Source: Eledone cirrhosa (lineage: Eukaryota). From it: a stretch of DNA of 64,000 bases. Below, piece after piece: positions 26,088 to 42,200 of the stretch; position 1 is the stretch's first letter, and the number at the start of each line of letters is the position of its first letter. Location: NCBI GenBank assembly GCA_964016885.1, contig CAXHJY010000225.1:22492-86491 (forward strand), in the 5' to 3' direction. A program made the position numbers and the translations under genes. The notes under the pieces were generated by a model. That model did not search any database and was not told where the DNA came from. It saw only the letters and a program-made list of their open reading frames with translations.

Positions 26088-27903
26088 ATATGTTTTCAAC
26101 AGTAATACTGTACTATATATTTTCAACAGTAATACTGTACTATATATTTTCAACTGTAATACTATACTATATATTTTCAACAGTAATACTATACTATATA
26201 TGTTCAACAGTAATACTGTACTATATATTTTCAACAGTAATACTGTACTATATATGTTCAAAAGTAATACTGTTCTATATATTTTCAACAGTAATACTGT
26301 ACTATATATGTTCAACAGTAATACTGTTCTATATATTTTCAACAGTAATACTGTACTATATATGTTCAACAGTAATACTATACTATATATTTTCAACAGT
26401 AATACTGTACTATATATGTTCAACAGTAATACTATACTATATATTTTCAACAGTAATACTATACTATATATTTTCAACAGTAATACTATACTGTACTATA
26501 TATGTTCAACAGTAATACTGTACTATATATGTTCAACAGTAATACTATACTATATATTTTCAACAGTAATACTGTACTATATATGTTCAACAGTAATACT
26601 GTACTATATATTTTCAACAGTAATACTATACTATATATTTTCAACAGTAGTACTGTACTATATATTTACAACAGTAATACTACATTATATATTTACTATA
26701 CTATATATTTTCAACAGTAATACTATACTATATATTTTCAATAGTAATACTGTACTATATATTTTCAACAGTAATACTATACTATATATTTTCAACAGTA
26801 ATACAATACTATATATGTTCAACAGTAATACTATACTATATATTTTCAACAGTAATACTGTACTATATATTTTCAACAGTAATACTGTACTATACTATAT
26901 ATTTTCAACAGTAATACTGTACTATATATTTTCAACAGTAATACTGTACTATACTATATATTTTCGACAGTAATACTATACTATACTATATATTTCCAAC
27001 AGTAATACTGTACTCTATATTTTCAACAGTAATACTATACTATATATTTTCAACAGTAATACTATACTATATATTTTCAACAGTAATACTGTACTATATA
27101 TTTTCAACGGTAATACTGTACTATATATTTTCAACAGTAATACTGTACTATATATTTTCAACAGTAATACTGTACTATATATTTTCAACAGTAATACTGT
27201 ACTATATATTTTCAACAGTAATACTGTACTATATATTTTCAACAGTAATACTATACCATATATTTTGAACAGTAATACTATACTATATGTATTCAACAGT
27301 AATACAATACTATATATTTTTAACAGTAATATTATACAATATATTTTCAACAGTAATACTGTACTATATATTTTCAACAGTAATACTATACTATAAATTT
27401 TCAACAGTAAACTATACTATATATTTTTAACAGTAATACTATACCATATATTTTCAACAGTAATACTATACTATATATTTTCAACAGTAATACTGTAGTA
27501 TATATTTTCAACAGTAATACTGTACTATATATTTTCGACAGTAATACTATACTATATATTTTCAACAGTAATACTGTACTTTACCATATATTTTCAACAG
27601 GATTACTATACTATACTATATGTATTCAACAGTAATACTATACCATATATTTTCAACAGTAATACTATACTATATATTTTCAACAGTAATACTGTACTAT
27701 ATATTTTCGACAGTAATACTATACTATATATTTTCGACAGTAATACTATACTATATATTTTCAACAGTAATACTGTACTTTACCATATATTTTCAACAGG
27801 ATTACTATACTATACTATATGTATTCAACAGTCATACTATACTATATATTTTCAGCAGTAATATTATACTATACTATATATTTTCAACAGTAATACTATA
27901 TAC
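26088..27903. repeat. 27-bp minisatellite
   Basis: Unit ATATTTTCAACAGTAATACTGTACTAT with internal palindrome ACAGTA-A-TACTGT. Confidence 0.96.
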
Positions 27904-27953
27904 TACACAGACTGGTTATCGTCTGTTTATCTAAGCGAAGCTAGGTGCGTCAG

Positions 27954-28037
<84 letters not shown>

Positions 28038-28099
28038 GGATGCCGTAGAACACGTCAATGGTAGCCGGGCGCCAACTGGACGGGAAGCTAGTATATATA

Positions 28100-30120
28100 T
28101 CAGACATGGGGTTATTAACAAAAGCATTTTAGATAGAATCCTGCCCACACTTAAGATTAAAATAAGGTTACAACTCTGGTCCTGCACCAGCCAGGTGCTG
28201 GACTGGTTTACATTTTTACCTGAAAAACATAGGACTAGCTTCATAAACTAGACATCAATAATTACTACTCCTCTATCTCGCCCATAGTCCTGAACAAGGC
28301 ACTCATATTCGCGATGAATAGGACAGACCTAACCCGCAACGAGGTCCGAATCATACACGCCGCCAGAAAGACCTTGATCCGATTCGGTGGGGACATATGA
28401 ACCCGGAGCGACCGGCCAAATAATTTTGACATTACAATGGGCTCCAGTGACTCCGCGCAGCTAACGGACTTGGTTGGGATATACATACTCTATGAGATCA
28501 GGAGGGAAATACCCAACCTGGGCGGCGGGCTCTACCGAGACGACGCACTCTTCACCGTAGTGGACCACAGACCAACAACGGTCGAAAATATGAAGAGGAG
28601 AATTAGGCACTTCTTTAGCAAAGTAGGACTTAAGGTAGAGATGGAACCCAATAGAAAAGTAGTGAATTTCCTGGACACCACCCTCAACCTCAACACCAAG
28701 CTACACCACCCATATCATAAACCCAATGAGAAGCTGGTGTATATCAACGCTGAGTCTAATCATCCTAGATCTATAGTTAAGGCCGTAGTTAAGAGTGTCT
28801 CTGACAGCATCTCTAACTTGTCGGCCGATAAAGAGATCTTCAATAGTAACGCTGATTACTATAACTCAGCTCTAGCTAAGGCGTCCCACAGCGATAGGAT
28901 CAGCTATAACCCTATGGGACATGATCGAGATGACCCAATGGTACCCCGGACCAATACCCTCAGGGGCATGAGTCGCCCACCTAATACCTCGGTGACCAAA
29001 ACTCCCAGACCCCTATCCGTCACCACACCCGGTAGAAGGTCCCGCATACGCCACCGGTCTAATACCTACAACGCTGAAGACCGCTGTGCTGCGGAGAATA
29101 GGCACCTCTGCACCGGCCCCACGACCCGACGAATCCTAATTGAGCAGGGAGGCCGCACCTCGGGTTTATAGCCCCACGGTGGGCCTATATAACCCTCATG
29201 ATAGTGACCGCTCCGCACACCCAAGTGACACCAACCGCGCTCGACCTGAGCTGTGCACCACCACGCGATGGCCCACGGCAGATACCCAACAACCCCGCAA
29301 GAATAGGACCAGGAAGGTCACATGGTATAACCCTCCGTACTAGGTGGGTCTACGTACCAGCCTGGCTAGAATATTCTTTAAAGTACTGGATATATGTTTC
29401 CCTAGGGCCCATAAGTACCATAAAATATTCGACAGGCACACGGTGAAACTTTCCTACTCAACCACACGCTCCGTAGCCCAGCACATAGCTGGCATAAATA
29501 GGAATAGGCTCACTGCCTCTAATACCACCGTAAACCCCGGAGCCACCCAACAGAACCAGCATGCGGGACGCATCGGAACCCGGACAGGCCCAACTAGCAC
29601 ACCGGAACCCAACGACCCTGTGCTGATTGCGGAGGCTACCCAGCCAACCCCGAGTGATGCTAACCACGCGGTACATGTGGTGGGGATTAAGAGGTCATGT
29701 AATTGCAGAGACCCATCGCTATGGCCCCTTAGTAATGAATGCATGACCAAAAACGTGGTCTACAGGTGCAAGGTCACAACCCCTAACTCGGAGCACCACT
29801 ACATAGGATCCACAGCGACGAGCTTCAAAGCTCGGTGGTATAATCATCGCCATTCCTTTAACAGAATAGATAAGAGGAAATGTACGGCCCTTTCTGAATT
29901 GATCTGGAATCTCAAACTTGAAAAGACCCCGCACTCTCTGGTCTGGTCCGTGGTTAGAAAGGTTCCCCCAGACAGAGGCGGGTCTGGTAATTGCAACCTC
30001 TGTCTTAGTGAGACACTCGAGATTCTTCATGGCGGAACCAAGCTATTAAACAGAAGGGCCGACTTATTCGGTGTCTGCAGACACCTAAGGACGGGAACTT
30101 TCCTCAAGCTATATGGATAA
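28100..30120 (+). pseudogene. Penelope-like element RT-thumb-linker-GIY-YIG, 5'-truncated, probably Naiad-type
   Basis: QLWSCTSQVLDWF, FDITMGSSDSAQLTDLVG, GGLYRDDAL, VNFLDTTLNL, YINAESNHP, RKVTWYNPPY, SCNCR, NVVYRC..HYIGSTATSFKARWYNH, CNLCLSE, LLN..CRH. Several stops and frameshifts. Clade assignment is from memory. Confidence 0.88.
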
Positions 30121-31239
30121 ACCCCGGTTACGGTCTCCCATAATCCCCCCCCCCCCGTAGGTCCCCTACACCCCGTACCAATGACCACTGGACAACAACA
30201 ACCACCCATGGTTTGCGCTCCTTATGGTGGATGGTCCACCGGATCCTCTACTGGTTAGGAGTCATCTAAACAATGTTTTATTGAACCTGATTTTATATAT
30301 ACATATATGCATATATGTATCATGTGTATATATATGTGTATTTTATATGTGTATGTATGCGTATTTTATATATGTGTGCGTATCTGTATATATATATTTT
30401 ATATATATATGTGTGTATGTGTGTGTATTTTTTATATATATATATATGTATGTTTTACGTGTGTATATATTTTGTGTGTGTGTGTGTATTCTATGTATAT
30501 ATATATATTTTATATTTTTGTATGTATATATTTTATGTATATGTATGTTCTGTGTATATATATATATTTTATATATATATATATATGTGTATACTTGTGC
30601 GTACATGCATGCATGCATGTATATATATATACACACCTGTATGGATTTGTGTGTGTAGATGTGTGAGTATTTGAGGGGGTAGGTGTGAGTGTATGTACAA
30701 GTGAACCAGCATAAACCTTTTATTTCTAAATTTTCTAAACTATCTAAGTATTGGACTCTAACAATTATATTATGTATTACCACCCCACTTTTTGTATGTG
30801 TGGATGTGTGTGTGTGTCTGTGGAGGTGGGTGTGAGTGTAGTGCAAGCCAACCTACATAAGCCTTTTTATTTGTAAATTTTCTACTCTAACCATGATTTC
30901 CAGTAGCACCACTCCACATAAATTCCTCAACTTAAGAAAATACCTGTAGTATCTATTTCATACTATTATCCTTATTTGAAAATATATCTGACCAAGAATG
31001 CCTTTTGTGAAAATCAGTCATGTGGAACTATTGTCATCTTGCCTGATGGTTTGAACCTCACAGATCCACCTGCCTCTTTGAGGTCAAATACCAACCTACT
31101 ACCATCTAAAAACTGACCAATGAGAATCAAGACCATTCCTGCAGACAACATCAAAGTATTCCTAACATGCTCATATGTCCCAAGGCTCTGATACCATCAA
31201 CACTATACACACAGAGCTTGCATATCTAAGAACTGACTA

Positions 31240-31295
31240 ACTGCCTGATGAGGTCATAGCCATTCAATGGCTATCATCGAAATATATATAGCAGT
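31240..31295 (+). ncRNA. Type I hammerhead ribozyme in a pLTR-like region
   Basis: ACTGC-CTGATGA-GGTCATAGCCATTCAATGGCTATCATC-GAAA-TATATA-TA-GCAGT, then AATAAA at 31297. Confidence 0.82.
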
Positions 31296-31624
31296 AAATA
31301 AAGGATTATGAGTTCATGCAATTGACTTATGTTTCATCACTATATATATATATATAATGTCTGTGCGTGTGTGTGAAAAATAAATGTAGTGGCCACCGGA
31401 TAAAAGAGTGAAAAAAACAAACAGTCCCTAATCAACAGTTAACCTATGGTAATCACTATAGTTTCAGTAAATTAAGGTTTTTACTGTTCATTCCAGTTCA
31501 CACCGTAGCAAAACAGGAAGACACAAAACAGGTTGTGCCTTTCACCGAATTACACAAATGCAAATATCCATATATATATATATATATACAGAGAGAGAGA
31601 GAAAGAGAGAGAGCGAGAGAGAGT

Positions 31625-31678
<54 letters not shown>

Positions 31679-31695
31679 TATTGGAGGTGCTATAT

Positions 31696-31734
<39 letters not shown>

Positions 31735-31916
31735 TTTCTGAAGAGTCTGTATACAAATTTCTACCCTCTTCCAAATGATTCTCTCATGTACGAACACATA
31801 TTTTATACATGTTTATCTGTTGAGAATAAATCTCTGTTTTAGTCACATATATATTCTGATGCGTCATATATACATATATTGAGTCACCCTTTTTATTTAT
31901 GTCTTGCTTTCTCACT

Positions 31917-32074
<158 letters not shown>

Positions 32075-32083
32075 ATGTGTGTG

Positions 32084-32189
<106 letters not shown>

Positions 32190-32284
32190 ATATATATATG
32201 AATGCATACGTATGTTATTATATGTGCGTATTTGGATGAATATATATATATATATAGAGAGAGAGAGATATACACACACACACA

Positions 32285-32344
<60 letters not shown>

Positions 32345-32420
32345 TTTATATGCATATATATATATATACATATATATATGTATGTATATATATACATATA
32401 TACATATATTTATATACATA

Positions 32421-32492
<72 letters not shown>

Positions 32493-32531
32493 GAGGTTAT
32501 ATTTAATTTTTGGGGATTCAACAAGCTTAAA

Positions 32532-32589
<58 letters not shown>

Positions 32590-33428
32590 GAGAGAGAGAG
32601 AGAGAAAGAGAAAGAGTGTGTGTGTGTCCAAGTGACTTACACATTTCTCATAGAACATCAAACAGTATTGGAACAAAAATGAAAAAGAAATGAGTGAATT
32701 AAGAGAGGATATTGTGAGAATAGCTTCTATTGAAGACCAATATTGGTTGCATATCTTCTCTCCTTGGTATACCAACCTACGTTCAATAATAATGTTCATG
32801 TTAAATCTCCGTAGTTAATTTTAATAATTTCCTACATTCCGCGGCCATCTTGAAAACCTATAAGGTTACTGGAAGATTCCTTCCTTTCCCAAGTAAACTA
32901 CTGAAGGTCATTCTAAACATTAATTTCACTAGCTATCCTTTTCGTTGTCCAGACAACAGAAACACTCGTCTTCGAAACCAATGGAACAGCAACCCTCTAT
33001 ATATCAATATATCTATCTTTCAATCTCTCTATCTATCTATCTGTCTATCAAACTCCCTGTTTTCTATCTAACCCCCCCCCCCTCTCTATCTCTCCTATAT
33101 ATGTATTGTAAGAGGTGCGCTAGCAATGTATATATATTTATACACATTGGTGCATTCTCGGTGAAACCCTATGTATTTATGTCGATATAATAACTTTATC
33201 ACACACACATACACATTATACATACATATATATTATATATATATATATATATATATGTGTGTTGTGGTGTGTGCGTGTGGTGAGTATGAGTGTATGAGTG
33301 TGGGTCGTGATCAATCAGAGGTAACAACAGTAAGTAAGGTAGTCAATATATAGCAGAGATTTCCTGATGATTTCCTTCAAATGAAACAGGTCTAGTCCTG
33401 TAGAAGCCATTTATACACTCACACACAC

Positions 33429-33780
<352 letters not shown>

Positions 33781-33861
33781 CTATTCTATCATACACTGCT
33801 CTGTAAGAGTATAGAGTGCTCACCGGCATACTGCCTATGGACGCATCTTAGCTACCATCAA

Positions 33862-33900
<39 letters not shown>

Positions 33901-34262
33901 ATATAGTATATATATATAGGAACCAGTAAGACCCCGACGGCTGAGCTCAGCCGTCGGGGTCTTACTGGTTCCTATTACCCACTCTACTACCCCTAAGTAT
34001 TGAGTACTTTGGTGCGTTATGGTTCCACCTGGTTCCTTACCCACATTTCCTTCGTTATATTATTATAATATATATAGAGAGAGAGAGAGAGAGGGAGGAC
34101 AGAGAGAGAGAGAGTGAGGACAGAGAGGAGAGAGAGGGGGGGAGATAGGGGGGGGGGGAGAACACAACTCTTAGATTCCCAGTTAGACATTACCAAAGCA
34201 ATAATCATTCCAATCTCCAAACAATGTCATCTATCGTAGTTCTTAGTAGAAAAACGCTAAAC

Positions 34263-34654
34263 AATAATTGTTTCTACTTTTTGGCACAAGGCCATCAATT
34301 ATCCCATTGTATTACTGGTACTTTATTTTATCGACCCTCTAAGGATGAAAGGCAAAGTTATCCTCGGCGGGTTTTGAACTCAGACTATAAAGGGCTGTAA
34401 CTCTGTGCTGCAAAGAATGGCGTCCGACCCTCTACCGATGCTGCCAATCCATAAACAATAATAATAATTGTTTCTACTTCTACTTTTGGCACAAGGCCAG
34501 TACTTATCCCAGTGTATTACTGGTACTTTATTTTATCGACACCACAAGGATAAAAGGTAAAGCTAATCTCGGCGGAATTAGAAGCCCGAAAGTAAAATGC
34601 GGTAAGTGTCCACCATGTTGTCCACCGCTCTACTGATACTGCCAATCCACCGCC
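34263..34654 (-). mobile_element. Two tandem SINE copies
   Basis: Reverse-complement matches at 34263-34451 and 34464-34654. Confidence 0.85.
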
Positions 34655-35249
34655 AATAGATAATATACAATTATATATACTAGCAGAAAACCATCCCCGG
34701 GTGGTTTTTCTACTAGCATGTGTAGTGTGTATATTGATATTATACACAAGTATATATACATGTAGATATGATACATCAAATAACATCGTAATTGACAATA
34801 TACACAGAAATTGAACGAAGACTGTTACACTCTCTTATGTAATCAGTAACGTAATCCATGATACATTAAAAAAGACGATATTATATATAAACTGCATTAG
34901 GAGAAAATTAGTGACAGAAAATTAGTATATTTATTTAAGCGATCGCCACCGGAAGTGTTGACATTTGAAATTTTAAAGAAGTGAATCTTTAAATAAATAA
35001 TAAAATATATTTAATGAACAGCCACGAAATTTCGTAGATAAATTATGTAATATTCATTCATTATTTATTCAAAGTAATCGAATTTATTTTACTAATAGGA
35101 TAAAAAAATTATAAACCGTACGCCGTCCCGCGCTTCTTACTTTATTATAGTTTAGATTTACAACATCTTTAAAAATGAGTTTCTTGACATACTCAATATA
35201 AATGCATCATTGCACTGTAACCTATTATTTCATAATGTTGTAGTGGATC

Positions 35250-35650
35250 TCCGTCAGTTTCGACGATGAGTGTTCCATTTGTTCGAATAATAGATCAATC
35301 TGCTGCTAAAACTAAGATTCCACGTGTACTCTTGACGTAGTTCTCAGGAAGATTTAATGTGACAAATGTGTGTAACAGGGCTGGAGATGGAGAATTAATG
35401 TGACAAATGTGTGTACGTGGGGGGGGGGGGATTTAATGTGACAAATGTGTGTATGTGGTGGGGGGATTTAATGTGACAAATGTGTGTAACAGAGGGGGGG
35501 GGGGGGTTGAACTACAGGAACAACTCATTTTGTTTTCCTGGGAGGGAGGAGGCATGTTAAATAATGTGTTGTAGAAAGAAACAACCGCCGTGAAATGAGG
35601 GTTTTACGATCGTCAACCGGCCACCCTAATCACTAAGCCATAGGTGTTGA
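35250..35650 (-). mobile_element. Older tRNA-derived SINE of a second family with internal short duplications; head also at ~53441-53572 (+)
   Basis: ATTTAATGTGACAAATGTGTGTA repeated four times, with a tRNA-like head on the minus strand at ~35600-35645. Confidence 0.4.
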
Positions 35651-35762
35651 TTTTCAATGTTATATATAACGTGTATTTTATAGCCTATTCCTCCATTCCT
35701 CCACTATAATATCTATATATTTATATGTATTTTATATAGTATACCTCCATCCCTCTGCTATA

Positions 35763-35822
<60 letters not shown>

Positions 35823-36019
35823 CGAAGTGTGTTAAGGAACCAGGTGGACCATGGTAACTCCAGATGTAGCCGTCGAAACAGCTTGAGCTCTGCCGTCGGG
35901 GTCTTGAACATTTTCATATATATATATATATTAGATTAGATTAGATTAGATTATCTAATTAAATAGCTCTGTTCTATACATAGAGCACCCTTTACTTTTC
36001 CTTTGGAATTACCTAACAT

Positions 36020-37005
<986 letters not shown>

Positions 37006-37053
37006 CAACAGAAGACTGGACTGGAAGATATGCTGTAAAATATTAATTCCGTG

Positions 37054-37132
37054 AAATCACTATATATATTTCAATGTCCCAGCTCCATCATCTGATTATG
37101 ATACAAGACATGACGACCTCATCAGGTGACTT
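37054..37132 (-). ncRNA. Type I hammerhead ribozyme
   Basis: Minus strand: AAGTCAC-CTGATGA-(long irregular stem II)-GAAA-TATATA-TA-GTGATTT. 7-bp stem I including one G-U pair. Confidence 0.68.
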
Positions 37133-37266
37133 TGACAGAATTTTATAGTATAACCTTCATCCTTCCACTATAATATATGTATGTTTATTATATATAGTAT
37201 ATCTCCCCTCATTCAACGATAATATATATATATATGATTATGATATATAGTATATAGTATAGTATA

Positions 37267-37662
37267 AGGGCGGTGAATTGGCAGTATCGGTAGAACGTCG
37301 GGCACCATGTTTTACGGTATAGAGTTAAGACTCTTTACGTTCTGAGTTCAAATCCTGTCGAGGTTAGCTTTGCCTTTCATCCTTAGGGGTTGATAAAATA
37401 AAGTACCAGTAACACATTCGGGTCGATTTACTCGACTTTCCCCCTCCCCCAAATATTGCTTGCCTTGTGCCAACATCAGAATTGACATTATCAGTAGAGG
37501 GGCGGACGCGCCATGCTTTCTAGCATAGTTACGTCCCTTTATGATCTGAGTTCAAATCCCGCCGAGGTTAACTTTACCTTTCATCCTTACGGGGTCGATA
37601 AAATAAAGTACCAGTAATGCACTTGATTAATTGCTGGCCTTGTGCCTAAAGTAGGAAACTAT
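37267..37662 (+). mobile_element. Two tandem SINE copies
   Basis: Matches at 37267-37480 (longer subfamily with GGGTCGATTTACTCGAC insert) and 37491-37662. Confidence 0.87.
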
Positions 37663-38105
37663 TATATATATAGTATACCTTCTCCCACTATTATATATAT
37701 AGTATACCTTCCTCCACTATTATATATATAGTATACCTTCCTCCACTATTATATATATAGTATACCTTCCTCCACTATTATATATATAGTATACCTTCCT
37801 CCACTATTATATATATAGTATACCTTCCTCCACTATTATATATATATAGTATACCTTCCTCCACTATTATATATATACTATACCTTCCTCCACTATTATA
37901 TATATAGTATACCTTCCTCCACTATTATATATATAGTATACCTTCCCTCCACTATTATATATATAGTATACCTTCCTCCACTATTATATATATAGTATAC
38001 CTTCCTCCACTTATTATATATATAGTATACCTTCCTCCACTATTATATATATAGTATACCTTCCTCCACTATTATATATATACTATACCTTCCTCCACTA
38101 TTATA
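37660..38105. repeat. 29-bp minisatellite
   Basis: Unit TATAGTATACCTTCCTCCACTATTATATA, about 15 copies. Confidence 0.95.
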
Positions 38106-38281
38106 TATATATATGTTGGATATATCTCACATGATATGACACAGCCAACTTTCCACACAATATAATTAGTTAGCACCCCGAACGTTTAATTAGGAATATA
38201 CTCAGGTATTTCCTGTTTGTTGAGTGAGTTGGATTTGGCCGAGTATCGCTATTAGCTTTCTCCTATTATGTATTTATATCT

Positions 38282-38323
<42 letters not shown>

Positions 38324-38492
38324 TATTATATAGCCCCCATCATCCTACAATAATATATACGCGTGTATTTCTATAGAGTATATAAACTTCCCTCCGCTAT
38401 GTTTTATATACAGTATTCCTTCATCACTGCACTATGATATATATATATATATATATATAGATAGATATAGATTATATAATATATATATATAT

Positions 38493-38600
<108 letters not shown>

Positions 38601-38716
38601 ATATCTATATATATATCTATATATATATCTTATATATATATATATAAACATATATATATATATATATATATATCTATATATATATATATCTATATATCTA
38701 TATATATATCTATATC

Positions 38717-38751
<35 letters not shown>

Positions 38752-38775
38752 TATACTATATATATATATATAAAC

Positions 38776-38878
<103 letters not shown>

Positions 38879-39271
38879 AGATATAGATATATATATAGGT
38901 ATAGATATATATATATATAAACATATATATATATATATATATATATAGATATAGATATATATATATATATATAGTGTCCCCCCATCAATCACTCCCTTCA
39001 CTACAATTTCTCTCGTTGACGGATTTCCAACGTTTTTAGAATAGATTTTGACTTTTCTTTTATTATTTTTATTTCATTTATTTATTTAATTATTTATTTA
39101 TTGTTTTTATTATATTTGTCAGAGCACGTGGTGTTCCATGCTGTTTGATTTGCTGATGATGATATGTTCTATTTATTGTTTCATGAGTTTCTCATTTTTA
39201 TTATTTTTCTCCTCCTCCATCTCCTCCTCCTCTACCTCAACCTCTTCCCTATTCTATTTTTTCACATCATT

Positions 39272-42200
39272 CCCCCCATATATCCCAGTAACCCCCCATA
39301 TATCCCAGTAATCCCCCCATATATCCCAGTAATCCCCCCATATATCCCAGTAACCCCCCCATATCTCCCAGTAATCCCCCCCATATATCCCAGTAACCCC
39401 CCCATATATCCCAGTAACCCCCCCATATATCCCAGTAATCCGCCCCCCATATATCCCAGTAACCACCCCATATATCCCAGTAATCCCCCATATATCCCAG
39501 TACCCCCCATATATCCCAGTAATCCCCCTCCATATATCCCAGTACACCCCATATATCCCAGTAATCCCCCCCATATATCCCAGTAATCCCCCCATATATC
39601 CCAGTACCCCCCATATATCCCAGTAATCCCCCCATATATCCCAGTAATCCTCCCATATATCCTAGTACCCCCCATGTATCCCAGTAACCCCCCCCATATA
39701 TCCCAGTAATCCCCCCATATATCACAGTAAGCCCCCCATATATCCCAGTACCCCCCATATATCCCAGTACCCCCCATATATCCCAGTAATACACCCATAT
39801 ATCCCAGTAATCCCCCCTTATATCCCAGTACCCCCCATATATCCCAGTAATCCCCCCATATATCCAAGTAATCCCCCCATATATCCCAGTATCCCCCCAT
39901 ATATCCCAGTACCCCTCCATATATCCCAGTAAACCCCCCATATATCCCAGTAATCCCCCCATATATCCCAGTACCCCCCATATATCCCAGTAATCCACCC
40001 CATATATCCCAGTAATCCCCCCATATATCCCAGTAATCCACCACATATATCCCAGTAATCCCCCCATATATCCCAGTAATCCCCCCATATATCCCAGTAA
40101 TCCCCCCCATATATCCCAGTACCCCCCATATATCCCAGTAATCCACCACATATATCCCAGTAATCCCCCCATATATCCCAGTAATCCCCCCATATATCCC
40201 AGTAATCCCCCCATATATCCCAGTAATCACCCCCATATATCCCAGTACCCCCCATATATCCCAGTACCCCCCATATATCCCAGTAATTACATCCCCCATA
40301 TATCCCAGTAATCCCCCCATATATCCTAGTAATCCCCCCCATATATCCTAGTAATCCCCCCCATATATCCCAGTAATCCCCCCATATATCCCAGTAATCC
40401 CCCCATATATCCCAGTAATCCCCCCATATATCCCAGTAATGACATCCCCCCATATATCCCAGTAATACCCCATATATCCCAGTAATACCCCATATATCCC
40501 AGTAATCCCCCATATATCCCAGTACCCCCCATATATCCCAGTAATCCCCCCATATAACCCAGTAATTACATCCCCCATATATCCCAGTAATCCCCCCATA
40601 TATCCCAGTAATCCCCCATATATCCCAGTAATCCCCCCATATATCACAGTAATCCTCCCATATATCCCAGTAATCCCCCCATATATCCCAGTAATGCCCC
40701 CATATATCCCAGTAATCCCCCCATATATCCCAGTAATCCCCACATATATCCCACTACCCCCCATATATCCCAGTAATCCCGCCCATATATCCCAGTAATC
40801 CCCCCCATATATCCCAGTAATTACATCCCCCCATATATCCCAGTAATACCCCCATATATCCCAGTAATCCCGCCCATATATCCCAGTAATCCCCCCATAT
40901 ATCCCAGTAATTACATCCCGCCATATATCCCAGTAATCCCCCCATATATCCCAGTAATTACATCCCCCCATATATCCCAGTAATCCCCCCAAACATCCCA
41001 GTAATTACATCCCCCCATATATCCCAGTAATCCCGCCCATATACCCAAGTAATCCCCCACATATATCCCAGTAATACCCCATATATCCTAGTAATCCCCC
41101 CATATATCCCAGTAATACCCCATATATCCCAATAATCCCCCCATATATCCCGGTACCCCCCATATATCCCAGTAATCCCCCCCGCATATATCCCAGTAAT
41201 CCCCCCATATATCCCAGTAATCCCCCCATATATCCCAGTAATTACATCCCCCCATATATCCCAGTAATCCCCCCCCATATATCCCAGTAATCCCCCCAAT
41301 ATATCCCAGTAATACCCCCATATATCCCAGTAATTACATCCCCCCATATATCCCATTAATCCCCCCATATATCCCAGTAATCCCCCCATATATCCCAGTA
41401 ATCCCCCCATATATCCCAGTACCCCCCATATATCCCAGTAATTACATCCCCCCATATATCCCAGTAATCCCCCCCCCGATATATCTCAGTAATCCCCCCA
41501 TATATCCTAGTAATCCCCCCATATATCCCAGTAATCCCCCCATATATCCCAGTAATACCCCCATATATCCCAGTAACCCCCCTATATATCCCAGTAATCC
41601 CGCACATATATCCCAGTAATCCCCCCATATATCCCAGTAATCCCCTCCCCCGATATATCGCAGTAATCCCCCCATATATCCTAGTAATCCCCCCATATAT
41701 CCCAGTAACCCCCCCATATATCCCAGTAATCCCGCCCATATATCCCAGTAATCCCGCCCATATATCCCAGTAATCCCCCTATATATCCCAGTAATTCCCC
41801 CATATATCCCAGTAATCCCCGCATATATCCCAGTAATCCCCCCATATATCCCAGTAATCCTCCCCATATATCCCAGTAATCCCGCCCATATATCCCAGTA
41901 ATCCCCCTATATATCCCAGTAATTCCCCCATATATCCCAGTAATCCCCCCATATATCCCAGTAATCCCGCCCATATATCCCAGTAATCCCCTTATATATC
42001 CCAGTAATTCCCCCATATATCCCAGTAATCCCCCCATATATCCCAGTAATCCCCCCCATATATCCCAGTAATTACATCCCCCCATATATCCCAGTAATCC
42101 ACCCATATATCCCAGTAATCCCCCATATATCCCAGTACCCCCCCCATATATCCCAGTACCCCCCCATATATCCCAGTAATCCCCCCATATATCCCAGTAA

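Noticed and set aside
28405-28412. In-frame TGA as selenocysteine in the Naiad-like RT
   Set aside because: The position fits an expected Trp (TGG to TGA) in a copy with other disabling mutations.
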